Assembly (NCBI GenBank): GCA_009602735.1
Contig: WELA01003469.1
Location: forward strand, 18,166-82,165
Source of the DNA: Mesotaenium endlicherianum
Lineage: Eukaryota
Direction of reading: 5' to 3'
DNA length: 64,000 nt
Shown here: positions 39,777-52,734 of the stretch, in pieces
How positions within the stretch are numbered: the first letter of the stretch is position 1
How the letters are laid out: each line of letters starts with the position of its first letter
Made by a program: the position numbers and the translations under genes
Notes under the pieces: generated by a model
What the model was told of the DNA's origin: nothing
What the model saw: only the letters and a program-made list of their open reading frames with translations
The model's database searches: none

Positions 39777-40735
39777 GCTGATGTCAAGCGGTTAGAGGTG
39801 TAATATAGCTCTAGCAGTAGCAGGCTCAGGTAAAACTATTGCAGTAGATGAAGATAGTCTTTGCTCTACCACACAAAAGATCTTTTCCACTATCAAGTAG
39901 TTGTTTTTGTGAGCAATTTGCCTTTAAGCTTGCTTCCTGAGAAGTAAGCTTGGTTTAATGGCAGGGCCGTGCCAAATTTTCTGGTGCTTTGTCACCTATA
40001 AAAAGAAATCATTTCAAAATGTACTCTGCTGGATCTTGGCCCTCAGGTGAAGTACGCTGATTGATAATGTATTCCCCTAGCCTGGCTAGCACCGCATCTT
40101 GGGGATTTTGACCTTTTGCAGAGCCAAGAACTTACCATCATGCAACAGGTATACAAAGAAAAACCAGTGAGGGGTTGCCAACAAGATCCTGGTAGAAAAA
40201 TGACACCAGTAGGTCAGTACGCCTGAACACAGCCAGAATTGACAAAATATTGTCATGCAGCTGACAGACTACTTCACAGGTCTGTTACTCCATTAGCATT
40301 TGTAAAACCAAAATTGCATAATAAGCTAGGATGTATGTCCTTGTTCAAGTGATATTAATATGCTTAGGCGCACATCAGACCCTGCCAAGAAGGCATGAGC
40401 ATGGACAAGCTAACCACCTGCCATCAGTCATAAAAGCAGGACTACATGGTGAATTCTTACCTCACCTTCTTGAATAGTCTACCAAAAATTGTTGTCATTA
40501 TGGTACATGTATAGAATCTTCTCTCTAACTATCAGCTACGTCTTGCTTAAAGAATATGGACTGTGTACTTCTACAAAGAATATGTATCATCCTAGTAACC
40601 GTACTGGGCTGCAGTCTCCAACAGAGCTATAGACGTAGTGTGTAGAGCTAAGCTGTCATTCTAATGTGCTCAATAATGTATGATACAGCCATGGTAGGCA
40701 TGGGTTAGCTTAGCCGTCTAACCTAATGCTCATCA

Positions 40736-42370
40736 CTACGTACAAGTATTGGTATGTGTGGCTGATGATACATTGAACTGCCAAATGTATCCGACTGGTT
40801 CGGAATCCAGGCCATCAACTCGAGTTGCCACGCAAGGAGCATGCAAAAGGCATTTTCGTTGGTTCTGTTCCCAATTCAGTCTAGAAGTACAATGGTAAGC
40901 TGGACTGGTGAATGACAGACGTCCAAGACCTCCAACCTTAACCTCACCCATCAACATGGACGAGGAACAAGTCTCATTGTCTCCCAAAGTAAGAGGAAGC
41001 CAAGAACATTCTGGCTGCCCTATCATCCTGCTGTAAGCAGAATTGACCCAGCGGACGCGATTTGATCTATCTGTCCATATTACTGGCATGCTCCACATTT
41101 CACAAGCCTTTTTGACAGAGTCCAAGTTTCCTCTGATAGGATCATCACGTCTCCCAGAAAGATCCATTATCTGTATTGCCGAGCCAACTGCCCGCACAGG
41201 CTGAGGAGTGATAACCTGAGGCTCCTTCTTTGGCACAGCTGATGAAGAGATGGGTTCTTGATGGTAGTTACTGGCAAGAACCTCCTTAAGAAACTCCCAA
41301 AGAGTAGCCTTGACTGCAGGAGAGGCTGGAAACTTTGTAGCATGATACCAGAAATGGCCTACAGCCTTGACATTGGAAAGTTGTGGAGGAAGGGGTAGCA
41401 CAACCTGTCCAGATGCCCATGAGGTGCCTTCTACTGCCCTTTTAAATGCCTGATTGGACCAAAGGAGCTTATGAGCCTCATCTGTCACCATTACTGGCTC
41501 TTCAGCACTGCCATACTTTTGCTCCATGGTAACTGTATCCATAGGATGAAAGAGCGACTCCAATTTCATATCAGATGATTGAGCATTGTTACCCACTGCA
41601 TATCCACCAGTTGCTGGTGTAGTAAGAGAACCCACTGGAAATGCTAAAGGAGCAGGCCGAACCCCTAGTCTCAGTTCAGATGAACATGTGCTGGAAGACT
41701 TTGCATTTTGTCCTAGACTGAAAGCAACTCCAGCGCTAGGAAGTATGAGAGGGAGCCTAACCGGTAGCTGATGACAATGAGGAGCTTCTGAAGAATCTTT
41801 CAGCTTCAAAGGAGCAGGTTTCACCTTCAGGGGTCTGAGCTCGCTACAGGTTGAAGTTAAATACGATTGCATGATAGCAGTAGTTGCTTTTGCTCGACCC
41901 GCTGTGCTTCCAGCTGCTTCAGCTCCTCGTGCTCCATACTGCCTGCCCCTGAGATCCGCTCTGATGTCAGGTGTAGCCTTCAATAGCTTCCCTAAAGGTG
42001 TTCCGTCCAGAGCTTCCAACCCCAACGAGAGATCTAGAACAGGGTACCTTCTCTCCATCTCCATGGGCTTAATTGGGCGTATTGGAACCGGGCCAATGCC
42101 ATTCTTGATCTTTTTCTTCATTCTGTCCCCGATATCGCGCTTGCGTTTTTTCTTCCCTGTCAGCAGATGCTCCGGAGAAGGAGGGAGCACTCCATCCTCA
42201 ACACCTGATACTTCTAGGTTTGAAAGTACCCCTGCTCCTGTGTTCCTTGGAGCAATAGTGCGAAATCTTGGGAGACTGTTCTGCAAGGCTGGATAAGATG
42301 TGGTCTGAATCTGGGGCCGAACAACACTTGACGGCATAAACCTGACTACACAACAGCCTCCTTGCTCCAT
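40736..42370 (-). CDS. Intronless plant-specific uncharacterised protein, 544 aa (RFRxIAP motif, C-terminal PAS-like domain)
   Basis: Long clean ORF from the ATG at 42370 (MEQGGCCVVRF). Contains PRFRTIAPR, ITPQPVRAVGS and PVIWTDRSNRVRWVNSAYSRMIGQPECSWL, motifs I recall from a land-plant DUF family. Basic NLS-like KKKRKR. Confidence 0.8.
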   Translation of the reverse strand: MEQGGCCVVRFMPSSVVRPQIQTTSYPALQNSLPRFRTIAPRNTGAGVLSNLEVSGVEDGVLPPSPEHLLTGKKKRKRDIGDRMKKKIKNGIGPVPIRPIKPMEMERRYPVLDLSLGLEALDGTPLGKLLKATPDIRADLRGRQYGARGAEAAGSTAGRAKATTAIMQSYLTSTCSELRPLKVKPAPLKLKDSSEAPHCHQLPVRLPLILPSAGVAFSLGQNAKSSSTCSSELRLGVRPAPLAFPVGSLTTPATGGYAVGNNAQSSDMKLESLFHPMDTVTMEQKYGSAEEPVMVTDEAHKLLWSNQAFKRAVEGTSWASGQVVLPLPPQLSNVKAVGHFWYHATKFPASPAVKATLWEFLKEVLASNYHQEPISSSAVPKKEPQVITPQPVRAVGSAIQIMDLSGRRDDPIRGNLDSVKKACEMWSMPVIWTDRSNRVRWVNSAYSRMIGQPECSWLPLTLGDNETCSSSMLMGEVKVGGLGRLSFTSPAYHCTSRLNWEQNQRKCLLHAPCVATRVDGLDSEPVGYIWQFNVSSATHTNTCT

Positions 42371-43811
42371 ATATGCTGTACTGGAACCAGTAATCTTGTA
42401 TAGAAGAAATATTGGTGACAAGCGAACGGCTGTATATACAACCTACACACTAGAATTGCACGACAAATTCACTAGAGAGGACGAGACTAGATTGGGTAAA
42501 ACCGAAGCACTTATACTCCCGTCCGTCTCGACAAGGTAGGGCAGCGTACTTTGGAAAGAGGAATCTTGCCGCTGTAGTATTAGGTGTTTGAACAATGGAA
42601 GTGAGAGAACCACGCTGAAGCTGGATAACTTACCTGATTCTAAAGTCTCCTCTTACCTCGTAGAGAGTCGGTTAGCCACTTACATTGCAGTATTACTTGG
42701 AATGCAGTTTCGCTCATGCAACGTAAGCCCCAATGGAGTGGCTGCAGAAGTCAGCTTACCACGCACCCCAACACTTCACACCACTTCACACTACCGGCTT
42801 AAGACTGTCGACTGACACGCGGTCAAGCAGCTGTGAAAGCCTGGTGAGCCGGTCTGAAGCGGGAGGATTTTGCTGGTCAAGGGCTCAAGAAAAAAAACCG
42901 ACAATCTGTAGCAAACATCAACACACGCAGTTGCCCCGGATTCAAATAGCCGCGCCTTGCAAGCCATTTAATTTTTTGAAAAAAATTACAACAATTAGTA
43001 GTTGCATGTGATAGGCCGCTAATTTTAAACATCACGTTAGAGTTCGAGTCAGTTTGCGTGGAGTGTATCCTCCAGTATCCGCCAATTTTTTCTCATCGGA
43101 ATAAGCTGGGAATAAGCAATGCTGGCGGACTCTGGACTACACAGGAATTATCTGCTTATTGCCAAGTAAGCAATCCGGTGAATTTATGGCAGCCTGATTG
43201 AGCCTGATACACCGGGATGGACAGGATGGAGGTTACTTTTGGCAACTTTTGGACCTTTTATGACGGCGGAAAGGCCTCCCTCAGTCATTCACAGTCTAAA
43301 TGTCCTGGAGGCGCACTCAACTGCCGCCGCTTCAAAGATCAATCCACGTCAGGAGCTCTACACTTGCTTTTTGCAGAGTGGATATATATGGAGCCAGTAT
43401 GGTGCCCATACTTGAAGTTGCTTGAAGTTGCTTGAAGTGAACTGAACGAACTGAACTAGCTGGAACTAGCATGAATTCGCATGAGCCAAGTTGCATTTAA
43501 TGGGCCTTCTATCTGCCAGTAGGCACTTCGAAGTGATATGATTGCACGCGTGTCTCCCACAACTCTACTGATGCGCTGGTTCCGATACCTGTAATGTAAG
43601 GTGCGCTTGACACGATTGAGTGCAGAAGGTCAGAAAGTGCACTAGTCCACTTTTGATTGGTTAGATGAAGTCGCTCCAGTCGATTCTCTTGTTGCTGACA
43701 AGCAATGTCAGGAAATGTCAGGTTTGGTGCTTTCATTGGTTCCGTCTAGTCAGCTTTAGTAAAGTAAGCTGAAAGTAGGGACCACTCAAAACGCTCAGGA
43801 CTGCAAGCAGC

Positions 43812-43995
43812 GTGGGAGTCAGGAGTCAGGACTCAGGAGTCGGGACTCGGGACTGCTCAGGACTGCTCAGAATTACCCGTGACGCAAGTTTTGACCGCCG
43901 AAGCAAGCCGAAGCTGGCGACTTGTCGCAATGACTTCCGACCACTTCCGACTGCTTCCGACCCATTCCGACCACTTCCGACCAGCTCCCCGACCT
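43812..43995. repeat. Two short minisatellites (7-10-bp units)
   Basis: Repeats of ggagtca/ggactca and of cttccgacca. Confidence 0.6.
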
Positions 43996-46446
43996 CCATC
44001 GTGATTCGTGAGTCGTCATAACCGTGAGCCGCTTATTGCTCACGACGATGCCACAATCAAATACGTGTGCACACTTTCATACAGGGCTTGGGCTGGTCCA
44101 GGTAGGCTACTCTTGGTCAGGCTGACCGCTTCAGCTTCCAGCTTCAAAAAACAGAAGGGTGTGCACTTAACATTCTTGTCGCGACTACTATCCATTTGAA
44201 GGCGAGGCACGCGTACCGCAAGTTTCGGCCGCCCAGGTACGGTGGTCAACGCTGACCTAGGACCATTGATGACCATCAACAGGTCAGCCTTGGCACAAGA
44301 TACGTGCAGTTTGAAAGACAGATTGACCCCGACCCTCAGGGGTCAGCGGGGATAAACGGCCCAGTCAGCTGGACAGCTGACTAAACCAAGGCCGCAAGAG
44401 TGTACAGCTCAGCTGAGAAGCTGACACGGTCAAGTGACCATGTGAAGACGCCCAGTCAGCTGCAAAGCTGACTATGCTGCAGACATGCAGCCGTCACAAG
44501 AGCCCAAGCGCTGACTGGACGATGCTCTCAGTCGCCAGGCTCGAGCCAAGGCTGCCATGACTTAAGCAACCAGCCAAAGGGCGTAAAGCGCTAACGTCAC
44601 GCAGCCCTGCATGCTATTTGAAAGGCTGAAGACGGTCGAGCGATGTAATGAATTAGTATATTGGTAGATATAATATTCATTTTAATATAATATTTAAATA
44701 AGTTCAGCCTGCTGAAGTTAGTTAGTATTGAGCCTGCTGGACTTTATATCATTACCAGTTTAATGACTCAGCCGGGAGCAGCAGGTTGAAGTCTACTAGG
44801 TCAGCTTGCTGACACATTCTTTGCCAGCCAGCTGCCTTCCGTACTCGGTATCAGCGAACTGTCTAGATATGCATTTAAGTGTAGTGTGCTAGATGAATGG
44901 CCAGATGACATCCTTAGGATGGATGGCGATTCGGGATGATGGGAGATGGCGGTGGATTTGGTCAACTGAGGTCCTACCAACGTGGTTAACTCTCAGATAG
45001 GCGGTGCCATCGCACTGGCCGTTGAACAGTAAACTCATTCCATGTACATATGCTAGGTATTGCCCTCGAGTTCGGCATTCGAAAACGAGGCCAACTCTCT
45101 TGTACAGCTTACTGAGAGAGATCTGAATCCAAGGCGAGAAGCCATTGATATGCACAATCTCCTAGCCTTGCTTATGTGTGAGTTTACTGATTGCATTATT
45201 GATGCTAGTTTAATTCCATTTGACTTACGAGTATTGTCCACTGCTAGTGTGTTGTCTTTTGCAGTTTAACCAATGAACAGAAAATACCATGAAGATAACT
45301 TGCTAATAGAAAGATCTTCATTAATTGTTTATCGCCTTCTTAGTAAGTCAATTCATTTCAGTGATATCGGAGCTGTTACCACAGTCTTCTTTGTATAGTA
45401 AGGACAAGGTCTCAAACTAGCAACTCCCGAGACATGGAGAACCAGGATAACGAGAATGTCGAAAATCAGGCTAAAAGCCATGTAGCGGGAACCCGTACCT
45501 ATTCTGAAGCAGTGGCAGATACTGCAGCTAGAGAGGCTGCAGATGAGTTAGCTGCTATTGCCGCAGTCGCAGCACAGCAGGCTGAGGAGGAGAGAGCCAG
45601 ATTAAACGCTAAACGATTAGCAAAGGCTGCTGAAGATGCAGAAAAGAGGGAAGGACAACCAGCAGACGAGCACACTGTCGAAGAACTTATGGCATCAAGG
45701 GCCAATGTTCTGATCCCACCTCCTGCTGTACAACTCAATGTGCCCCTAGGTCAAATTCGTGACCGGCAGAATGCGGCAGGAATTGCTGCTGCAGGAGCGA
45801 GAGGGACTGTTGAGGACACTACTCAGCAAGTGGATGCCACTGCTACTGCTGCATTTGCTAAACTCCCACCTCAGAGTGTCGATTTGGGAGCATTGTTCGT
45901 GCAAAAGTAATCGCAAATGGCGAGCATGTATCAGTCCCAACAGGAGGACAAAAGAATCATAATGTCTCTGCTGCGAGACAGAGACCAACTGGGTTCTCAA
46001 ACCACTGGTGGTGGTGGCAGAGGGCCTAGTAAGCCCAAGCCGAAACCTCCCCAGGATTATGATCCTGAGGGGAACAAGAAGTATTACCTGATCAAGTTTC
46101 TGCCTGATGTTGAGCAGTGGCTGGAGAACTACCCAAAACTGCAGGATTACGAGAAGATCAAGCACACTGGTGCTCTACTGAAAGGCAGTGCAGCAGACTG
46201 GTGGTTGTATTGGAAAGGAGAGCGTAAGGCTCAACAACTAGGTGACCCTACTTGGGTAGAGTTTGCCGAGAAGCTGCATGAGAAGTTTGATGTGATCAAT
46301 CAGCAAGAGAAAGCTATCTATGCGATGATCTCCTTGACACTGATGCACACCACTTCAGTTACTGAGTTTGCTCAAAGGTTTCAGGAGATAATGATAAAGC
46401 AGACAGACTTGCCAGAGCGGTATAGGATAGCATACTTCAGGTATGG

Positions 46447-47166
46447 TGTAATGAATCAGTATATTAGTGGATAAAATATTCATTTAAATATAATAGTTAA
46501 TTTAGTTCAGCCTGCTGAACTTTAGTTAATAGTCAGTCTGCTGGACTTTACATAATTATCAGTTTAATGACTCAGCCGGAAGCAGCAGGCTGAAGTCCAT
46601 ATAAGTCAGCTTGCTGACCCATTCTTTGACAGCCAGCTGACTTCCGTACTCGGTAGCAGCGAACTGCCTTGACTTACACCTAAGTACGATATGCTAGATG
46701 AATGGCCAGATGACATCCCTATGATGGATGGCTATTCGGGATGATGGGAGATGGCGGTGGATTTGGTTAACCGAGGTCCTACCAACGTGGTTAACTCCCG
46801 GGTAGGCGGTGCCATCGCACTGACCGTTGAACAGTAAACTCATTCCATGTACATATGCTAGGCATTGCTCTCGAGTTCGGCATTCAGAAACGAGGCCAAC
46901 TCTCTTGTACAGCTTACTGAGAGAGATCTGAATCCAAGGCGAGAAGCCATTGATACGCACTGTCTTCTAACCTTGCTTATGTATGAGTTTACTAATTTGC
47001 ATTATTGATGCTAGTTTACTCGCATTTGACTTACGAGTGTTATTCACTGCTAGTGTATTGTCCTTTGCCGTTTAACCAGTTAACGGAAATTACCATAAAG
47101 ATTACTTGCTGATATAAAGATCTTTATTAATTGTTAATCGCTTATTTGGTAAGTCGATTCATTTCA
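46447..47166 (+). mobile_element. Family-A solo LTR (720 bp) inserted in gag
   Basis: TGTAATG...CATTTCA flanked by TSD TATGG (46442-46446 and 47167-47171). The gag frame FRYG|LK resumes after it. Confidence 0.95.
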
Positions 47167-49150
47167 TATGGCCTGAAATACGAAGTCTCTGGTCATTTTG
47201 CTGAAAAGAAGTATGAGAAATTGGCTGACTTGATCCAGGATGCTGATGCTTGGGATCAGCAGCAGTTCAATCACAAGCGCCAGAGTAATGCTTTGGTGTC
47301 TAAGGTTGTCAAAAAGCCCCACAATTCCTACAATGCAATTGAAGGAGACCAGGCTGAGGATGATCAGGGTGATGAATATGCAGTCTAGAGGGAGAGGTGT
47401 TTTCTCTCGAGGCGACTATGGAAGAGGTGGTGGTAGGACTAAGCCGAGACCAACCTCAGCAAAATCTGTTTGCTTCCATTGCCAGCAATTGATCCACTTC
47501 AGAGAGCAGTGTCCAGTCAAGCACCTCCCAAAGGTCGAGAGAAATGACCAGCCTTTAAAAGACAGCAACAGTCAGTAATCTAGTCTACTGACTGTGAGGA
47601 TGCTAGAGATAGTGAGTCGTCACTAGCTGCCCTCGTAACAGGTATTATGGGTCCTGATGAACTGGATTTACTATGCATGCTTGACAACCAGATAAAGGAG
47701 ACCATCAGCAATATAGATCTCCAGAGAGTGCACACTCTGGATGATCTTGTTCCACCTGATGTCCAACATTTCTCTGCTAAGTCAGTAGAACAATGCGAAA
47801 GTCAGGAAAAGTCAGTCCCCCCTAAACTGCGAGACAGTTCTACAGCCATGTAGTATGCCAACATGGGCTACCCTCTAATATAATCTCAGACAGAGACTCA
47901 AAACTTACCTCTAAGTTATGGAGAGCTTTAATGGGGTTAATGGGAGTCAAACAGCTGCTCAGCACAGCAAACCACCCTCAGACTGATGAGCAGATTGAAA
48001 GAACTAACCGATTTCTGCAAGAGGTACTGAGAGCCTATCTTAACCAAAACAAGATAATTGGGATGACCTCTTACCTCAAATCCCGTTTGCGGTCAACCGT
48101 GCGGTGCACGCGTCAACGGGCAAGACTCCTTTTGAACTGAGCCTGGGTAGAGTCCCTAAGTCTCCTTTAGATGTACTAGGGGAGTCTTTATCTCACCCTG
48201 AAGAGATCTGGTCTCCCTCCAATTAACCCAAGAGTTTGCTGACACCCTGTCAGAAGTCCAACAGGAACCTGCACAAAGCCCAAGAAAACCAACAAAAATA
48301 CGCTACTCAGCACCGTTGAGAATTGACATTTTCTAAGGGCGATTTGGTCAAACTGCATTTTCAGCACCTGTACCAGCCTGGTGTGGTCAAGAAAAAGCTT
48401 GGTCCTGTCTGGGTCGGTCCATATTCTGTGGTGCGCCGTGTCGTTCAGATTGTTTACAAACTGAACATGTCAGCAGATTACAAGGTCACCCAGTCTTTAA
48501 TGTTTCCTTCCTGGAACCATATATTAAAGGTTACACATTGTTCACAGGTCGGTTACCTGTCCAACCGGGACCGGTCCCCGCTGTCCGGGATGGTAACCCT
48601 GAGGAATATGAGGTCGAGGACATTTTAGACGGTCGCTCTGTCCGTCTATCGTCTAAATATGTCATGAAGTACCTGGTCGGATGGAAGGGTTACGATGCCT
48701 CTGGGGACACTTGGGAATTTAAAGACCAGCTGACCAATGCCAAAGGGGCGTTGAAACGGTTCCACCTTCGGGCGGCTGGCACCCCTCCCTAATTGTCATT
48801 TCAGTGGACATGGACAGGTGACAGGAGGTCCGGTCTCCGTATAAGTCGCAGGGGAATGTGACAGTTAGTGACAGATAGTGATAGTCGTGACAAGCAGCCA
48901 ACCTTTATAATTAAGTTGGAGAGAGTGTGTTCGGTATCGGGATCAGCCAAGCGAATTTTATGACCATTCTACACACTCAACCTGCGCTCACACTCACTTT
49001 TTCTCTCTAACTCAATTCTCTCTTATACTCACTCAGACAAGATACTACACACTAGAGACTCTCCCTATCACGTTCTTCTTCACCACGGGCACTCAGTTGC
49101 GGCAAAGTGTCATGACTTCACTGACTGCATTGTGTTTATAATTGAGCAGG

Positions 49151-50424
49151 ATGACTCAAAAGTCGAAATTTAAGAGGAAGAGAAGAGCGGAAGAGGCACA
49201 TGCAGAATACTTGCAATTCCGTGGCGACATCAAATCATCCTCCATTGCCGCTTGGGAATCACAACGACTCCAACAACAGGGGGAGGCACAGAAGAAAGAG
49301 GAGGAGGAGGAACAAGCCAGATTGAGGCAGGAAGAACTAGACAGAAAAGCTACAGAGGAGGCCAAGAAGGAAGAGGAGGAGAGGCAAGTTGAGGAGAAGC
49401 GAAAGCAGCAGGCTGAAGATGAACAGAGGAGAATGAGCAGCTACCGCTACACAGTGCTGGGCAAGGGCTTTGATCTACTGGCGAAGGCCTTCAAGTATGC
49501 CCAGAGAAGTCGCAGTGAGTCACAGAAGGACATCCTGCAGAGGGAAGGGGAGACATCCCTATAGAGGTCAGCACAGGGCTCCTCCTCTACCACGATTATG
49601 CCAGGATGGTATGATATACAGTCACAGAGTCGAAGGCCCTGGCCCAAGTGAATGAGGCAGGAGCCGTATCGATTCCAGGTATTTGGGGGGAAAATAGGGT
49701 GATCCCCACGGACGCGGCCAGCTTTAAACACTCTACATCCCATAACAGGTTCAAGGCCATGTATAATGAGGTGGAGAGGAGGAGCTGGGAGTTCTTGGCC
49801 AAAGAAATCAGTCAGCTGGACTTCGCAGGGCATTGGTACCCGTGTACTCTGAAAAGGACAAACCCTGCCTTTATCCAGAAGCCCACCGATTGGCGAAGGA
49901 TGACCATCAATATGAGGGGCCAGCAGAATGACAGGGCAGGGGAGGAAGATTTCCTTACAGACTTACAGGAGAACATAGTGTTGCCTCCTCACATTGCAGC
50001 TTGGGACCCAAGATTGGATGGGGTAAGGGACTGTATGAGTCAAGAAATGCAGCAGGATAGGAGCAGGGCCCGCGAGGCATTCTCTAAAGGGAAGCACTCT
50101 TATGCCAAATGGGCAAGCAAGCAGTGAGAGAAAGACTTGTATAAGGTCAGGACTCAAGAGCCTCCACCAGCACCCAAAAGGGGAAGGTCGGTGGATAACT
50201 CTTTTTCTCGGGCAGAGCTGGAGCACCTGACAGAGGAGATCCCAGCAGTCTCAGAGAAGCCGGGGGAAGAAGAGGAGGAGTCAGAGGAAGAAGAGGAGGT
50301 TGACGAGAAAGAGGACACTAGCCCCGCTGTGACCCAGACACCTGCCACATCCCCTGTAATAGAGAAGACAAAGTTGGCCAGGGCAGACACAGCTCTGCAC
50401 CAGCTCGCTGAAGAGGAAGATATC
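49151..50424 (+). pseudogene. Diverged ORF3 homologue of the older element, interrupted at 50424 and continuing at 59377
   Basis: Shares YRYTV, YNEVERRSWE.LA, HW.PC.L, PTDWR.MT, LPPHIA.WDPRL.G and FSKGKH with the intact ORF3. Confidence 0.85.
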
Positions 50425-51222
50425 TGTAATGAATCAGTATATTAGTAGATATAATATTCAGTTAAATATAATAGTTAATTTAGTTCAGCCTGCTGGACTT
50501 TAGTTAGTAGTCAGTTTGCTGAACTTTAGTTAGTAATCAGTCTGCTGGACTTTAGTTAGTAGTCAATCTGCTGAACTTTAGTTAGTAGTCAGTCTGCTGA
50601 ACTTTAGTTAATTATCAGTTTAATGACTCGGCCAAAAGCAGCAGGCTGAAGTCAACTTAAGTCAGCTTGCTGACACATTCTTTGACAGCCAGCTGACTTC
50701 CGTGCTCGGTAGCAGCGAACTGCCTTGATATGCATCTAAGTACCACCTGCTAGTTGAATGGCCAGATGACATCCCCATGATGGATGGCTATTCGGGATGA
50801 TGGGAGATGGCGGTGGATTTGGTTAACCGAGGTCCTACCAACGTGGTTAACTCCCGGGTAGGCGGTGCCATCGCACTGACCGTTGAACAGTAAACTCATT
50901 CCATGTACATATGCTAGGCATTGCTCTCGAGTTCGGCATTCGGAAACGAGGCCAACTCTCTTGTACAGCTTACTGAGAGAACTCTGAATCCAAGGCGAGA
51001 AGCCATTGATACGCACTGTCTTCTAACCTTGCTTATGTATGAGTTTACTGATTTGCATCATTGATGCTAGTTTACTCGCATTTGACTTACGAGTATTATT
51101 CCCTGCTAGTGTATTGTCCTTTGCCGTTTAACTAGTTAACGGAAATACCATAAAGATTACTTGCTGATATAAAGATCTTTATTAATTGTTAATCGCCTAT
51201 TTGGTAAGTCGATTCATTTCAG

Positions 51223-51234
51223 TGGTATCGGAGC
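51223..51234 (+). promoter_or_regulatory. Primer-binding site, tRNA-iMet type
   Basis: TGGTATCGGAGC lies 1 nt after the LTR and differs at one base from the plant consensus TGGTATCAGAGC. Confidence 0.9.
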
Positions 51235-51255
51235 AGTTATCACAGTCTTCTTTGT

Positions 51256-52734
51256 ATGGTAAGGACAAGGTCTCAAACTAGCAACTCCCGAGACATGGAG
51301 AACCAGGATAACGAGAATGTCGAAAACCAGGCGGAAAGCCATGTAGCGGGAAACCGTACCTATTCGGAAGCAGTAGCGGATACTGCAGCTAGGGAGGCTG
51401 CAGATGAGGCAGCTGCTATTGCCTCAGTCGCAGCTCAGCAAGCTGAGGAGGAGATAGCCAGACTAGAAGCTGAACAAGTAGCAAAGGCCGCTGAAGATAT
51501 ACAAAGGAGGGAAGGACAGCCAGCTGACGAGCGCACTGTTGAAGAACTTATGGCATCAAGGGCCAATGTTCTGAACCCACCTCCTGCCGTACAACTCAAT
51601 GTACCCCTAGGTCAAATACGTGACCGGCTGAATGCGGCAGGAATTGCTGCTGCAGGAGCAAGAGGGATTGTTGAGGACACTACTCAGCGAGTAGATGCCA
51701 ATGCTGCTGCTGCATTTGCTAATCTACCACCCCAAAATGTAGACTTGGGAGCATTGTTCGTTCAGATGCAGTCGCAAATGGCGACCATGTATCAGTCCCA
51801 GCAGGAGGACAAAAGAATCATAATGTCCCTACTCCGGGACAGAGACCAACTGGGGTCTCACACCACTAGTGGTGGTGGCCGAGGGCCTAGTAAGCCCAAG
51901 CCGAAACCTCCCCAGGACTATGATCCTGAGGGAAACAGAAAATATTACCTGATCAAGTTTCTCGCGGATGTTGAGCAGTGGCTGGAGAACTACCCAGAAC
52001 TGCAAGATTACGAGAAGGTCAGGCACACCGGTGCGCTACTGAAAGGCAGTGCCGCAGACTGGTGGCTTTACTGGAAGGAAGAGCGTAAGGCTCGGCAACT
52101 CGGTGACCCTACGTGGGTAGAGTTTGTCGAGAAGTTGCATGAGAAGTTTGATGTCATCAACCAGCAGGAGAAAGCTATCTATGCGATGATCTCCCTGACA
52201 CTGAAGCAGACCACTTCAGTTGCTGAGTTTGCTCAAAAGTTCCAAGAGAACATGATGAAGCAGCCTGATTTGCCAGAACGGTATAGGATAGCATACTTCA
52301 GGTATGGCTTGAAATCCGAGGTCTCTGGTCATTTTGCTGAGAAAAAGTATGAGAAACTGGCTGACTTGATCCAGGATGCTGACGCCTGGGATCAGCAGCA
52401 GTTCAATCACAAGCGCCAGAGTAACGCTTTGGTGTCTAAGATTGTCAAAAAGCCCCACGGTTCCTACAATGCAGTTGAAGGAGACCAGGCTGAGGATAAT
52501 CAGGGTGATGAATATGAGTATGAGTACAATGCTATTCAGTCTAGAGGTAGAGGTGGTCCCTCTCGAGGTGGCTATGGAAGGGGTGGTGGTAGGACTAAGC
52601 CGAGACCAGCCTCAGCAAAATCTACTTGCTACCATTGTCAGCAGAAAGGCCACTACAGAGAACAGTGTCCGGTCAAGCACCTGCCTAAGGTCGAGAGAAA
52701 AGACCAGCCTTTAAAAGACAGCAACAGTCAGTAA
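51256..52734 (+). CDS. gag: Gag, 492 aa
   Basis: Capsid-like LKGSAADWW...[16 protein letters not shown] tract, CCHC knuckle [14 protein letters not shown]. Confidence 0.95.
   Translation: MVRTRSQTSNSRDMENQDNENVENQAESHVAGNRTYSEAVADTAAREAADEAAAIASVAAQQAEEEIARLEAEQVAKAAEDIQRREGQPADERTVEELMASRANVLNPPPAVQLNVPLGQIRDRLNAAGIAAAGARGIVEDTTQRVDANAAAAFANLPPQNVDLGALFVQMQSQMATMYQSQQEDKRIIMSLLRDRDQLGSHTTSGGGRGPSKPKPKPPQDYDPEGNRKYYLIKFLADVEQWLENYPELQDYEKVRHTGALLKGSAADWWLYWKEERKARQLGDPTWVEFVEKLHEKFDVINQQEKAIYAMISLTLKQTTSVAEFAQKFQENMMKQPDLPERYRIAYFRYGLKSEVSGHFAEKKYEKLADLIQDADAWDQQQFNHKRQSNALVSKIVKKPHGSYNAVEGDQAEDNQGDEYEYEYNAIQSRGRGGPSRGGYGRGGGRTKPRPASAKSTCYHCQQKGHYREQCPVKHLPKVERKDQPLKDSNSQ

Noticed and set aside
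50940..51005. Hammerhead ribozyme (retrozyme-like) in the LTR
   Set aside because: No CUGANGA...GAAA core with compatible stems was found by eye.
50750..51016. 88-aa antisense ORF recurring in four LTR copies (MRINGFSPWIQ...)
   Set aside because: GTG start. It is open only in closely related copies and frameshifted in diverged LTRs, and visible substitutions often change the amino acid. Likely a by-product of LTR identity; dN/dS would settle it.
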